Assembly (NCBI GenBank): GCA_043228905.1
Contig: JBHGNT010000014.1
Location: forward strand, 10,726,001-10,790,000
DNA length: 64,000 bases
Direction of reading: 5' to 3'
From: Azolla caroliniana
Taxonomy: Eukaryota; Plantae; Polypodiophyta
The notes under the pieces are model-generated. The model was not told where the DNA came from. It did not search any database and saw only the letters and a list, made by a program, of their open reading frames with translations. Made by a program: the position numbers and the translations under genes. Below are positions 62,213 through 64,000 of this stretch, one piece after another; the stretch's first letter is position 1; each line of letters starts with the position of its first letter.

Positions 62213-64000
62213 ATGGAAGAAATGGATGAAGGTATAATTGAGACACAAATACAAATTAAGAGAGGAGAAGGAGAAGATGAGGTCATTTTGAAGAAACAAA
62301 AGATTGGCATTAAGAATATGCATGAGGGGGATATAGATATGATGCCAAGACCATCATATGCACATGTTATGGGAGAAGGTGAAGAGGAGAGGAATGCACA
62401 ATATTGGGATGTAATGTAAGTAGTTTCTAATGAAGCACTCCATGAGATTTTATTGGATACTATAGATATGGTGGCCAATGTAGAAGAGGATGAGATTGTC
62501 GAGGTGGAGATGCCACGTAGAGATATCTTAAAGGCATTTTTCCATGTTTCATGAGAGAGGCATTATTTGTTTCTTAAACGCAATGATTGGTAGAAATAGT
62601 GTGGAAGATGTGTATAAAGGTCCACGAGGGTTTTTTGAGGTCATTTTTCAAACCGAAGAACAATGGGATAGTTTGTTATCACGTTTGTCGGTCTTTTACA
62701 ATAATAATTGAGTCTATTTTGTCCCTTGTAAACCACTAGCCGAGTTTTAGGAAATTTTGAAACAAGAGTGTCCAATATGGTGGAGGTAGAGTGTAAATTT
62801 TCGTTTTTATGGCTTATAGTTCAAGGTGTCATGGAACAATTGGGGAAGGTGATAGTAGCCCCAAATGCCAAAGCATATAATAGATATGGGATATGTATGC
62901 TATGGAATACAACAAAAAAGAGACCTTTGTGGCTAAACATAAAGACTGAGGAGGTGAGGTCATTCCGTTGCCAATTGCATTGGGGATCATTTGCCGGTCA
63001 TTGCTTTCGATGTGGTCGTTTAGGCCATTTCATGGTAGAATGTCATCAAACACCGGGAATGGAGGTGACTAATAATTCCCATGGTAATGAGTTAATGTCA
63101 GACTCTGTACTAAATGATAATGAGGTGTTGAAAAGTAAGGAGGCAAATGTGGAAAAAGGTAAGAGTGTCCTTATTTTGGAACATAATGACAAATATATTC
63201 AAGAAAGAAGAAAATATTTAATGGATGATGGTGGATCTTGGATTAAGGTGGCCTCTAAGGTAAATCATCCAAGGTACCAAAAAGACAAAGTTTATGCGCA
63301 TAATGGGCAAGAGAGGGGTAGTTCCTCTAGGGATCCTATGGGGTTATCACATGCACATAATTATGATCAATTGAAAGGAAGGTCAAAACCGTGGCAAGGG
63401 TCACAAAATAAACAATCTAATCAAGGGACAAACCTTTCAACCTTAGATTTGATAAGAATGGTAAAATCAATTTACCATTAGAAAAACAAAATCGGAAAAG
63501 AGATAATTCATGGGGTACAATGGTGTCCACCAATAATCATCGGCCATCTGTGCAAAATGCATTTGCAGGATTAAGTGATTATTTCGGTGATATACCAAAG
63601 ATATTGGCACAATGGGAACAAGAACAAGCCAAGAAGCAAAGTAATTAGTAAGTGATGAAGATAATCACATCGAATGTGAGGGGAATTTGTTCTCTGTCCA
63701 AGCGGTATGGTATGTGGAAAAGTATTTTTAATAGTCAATGGATATATTATGTGCAGTAGAACATAAGGAGCATGCTAAGTCTGGGTCTTCTTTTCATCAT
63801 AAGCAATATCATGTGTTTTATGCTGGAGTAAATGGGGGTCCTTATTCAGGTGTAGTGCTTATTATAAGGGATAGTTTGAAACTGGTAGACGTTCAAAGAG
63901 ATGTACATGGTAGGTTCTTGGTGGTTGAAGTTAATTATGAAGGGAAACAGATTTGGGTGGTTGGTATTTATGACGTTGCAAGACATCGTATGGAACTTTG
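62213..64000 (+). mobile_element. L1-like LINE, degenerate ORF1 and start of ORF2 endonuclease
   Basis: ORF1 has GPRGFFEVIF and the CFRCGRLGHFMVEC knuckle. ORF2 from ATG 63655 reads MKIITSNVRGI...DILCAVEHK...SGVVLII...DVHGRFL (APE/EEP motifs) with a frameshift. Confidence 0.8.

Overview
Eukaryotic land-plant nuclear DNA. A fern or other seed-free plant is inferred from the WOX, PPR and retroelement types; this is not proven. Bases 1-30.4 kb are a nest of LTR retrotransposons at least four layers deep. An old Gypsy is split by a minus-strand fungal/moss-type Gypsy (tRNA-Trp PBS, GGATTTT -1 frameshift). That element contains Copia A (TSD AAATT), which contains a young Copia B (TSD ATCTT) with an internal RT/RNaseH deletion. 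Bases 31-47.3 kb are a gene island: fused PPR and tRNase Z pseudo-fragments, a hAT-type MITE directly upstream of a 5-exon VAR3/OZ-family RanBP2 zinc-finger gene, a 100-N gap, an apparently intact hAT transposase, and a 3-exon WOX homeobox gene on the minus strand. Bases 53-64 kb hold more Copia remnants, an array of about 12 ~50-bp palindromes with co-varying arms, and the 5' part of an L1-like LINE. No rRNA, intact tRNA or CRISPR array is supported. All alignments and counts were done by eye.
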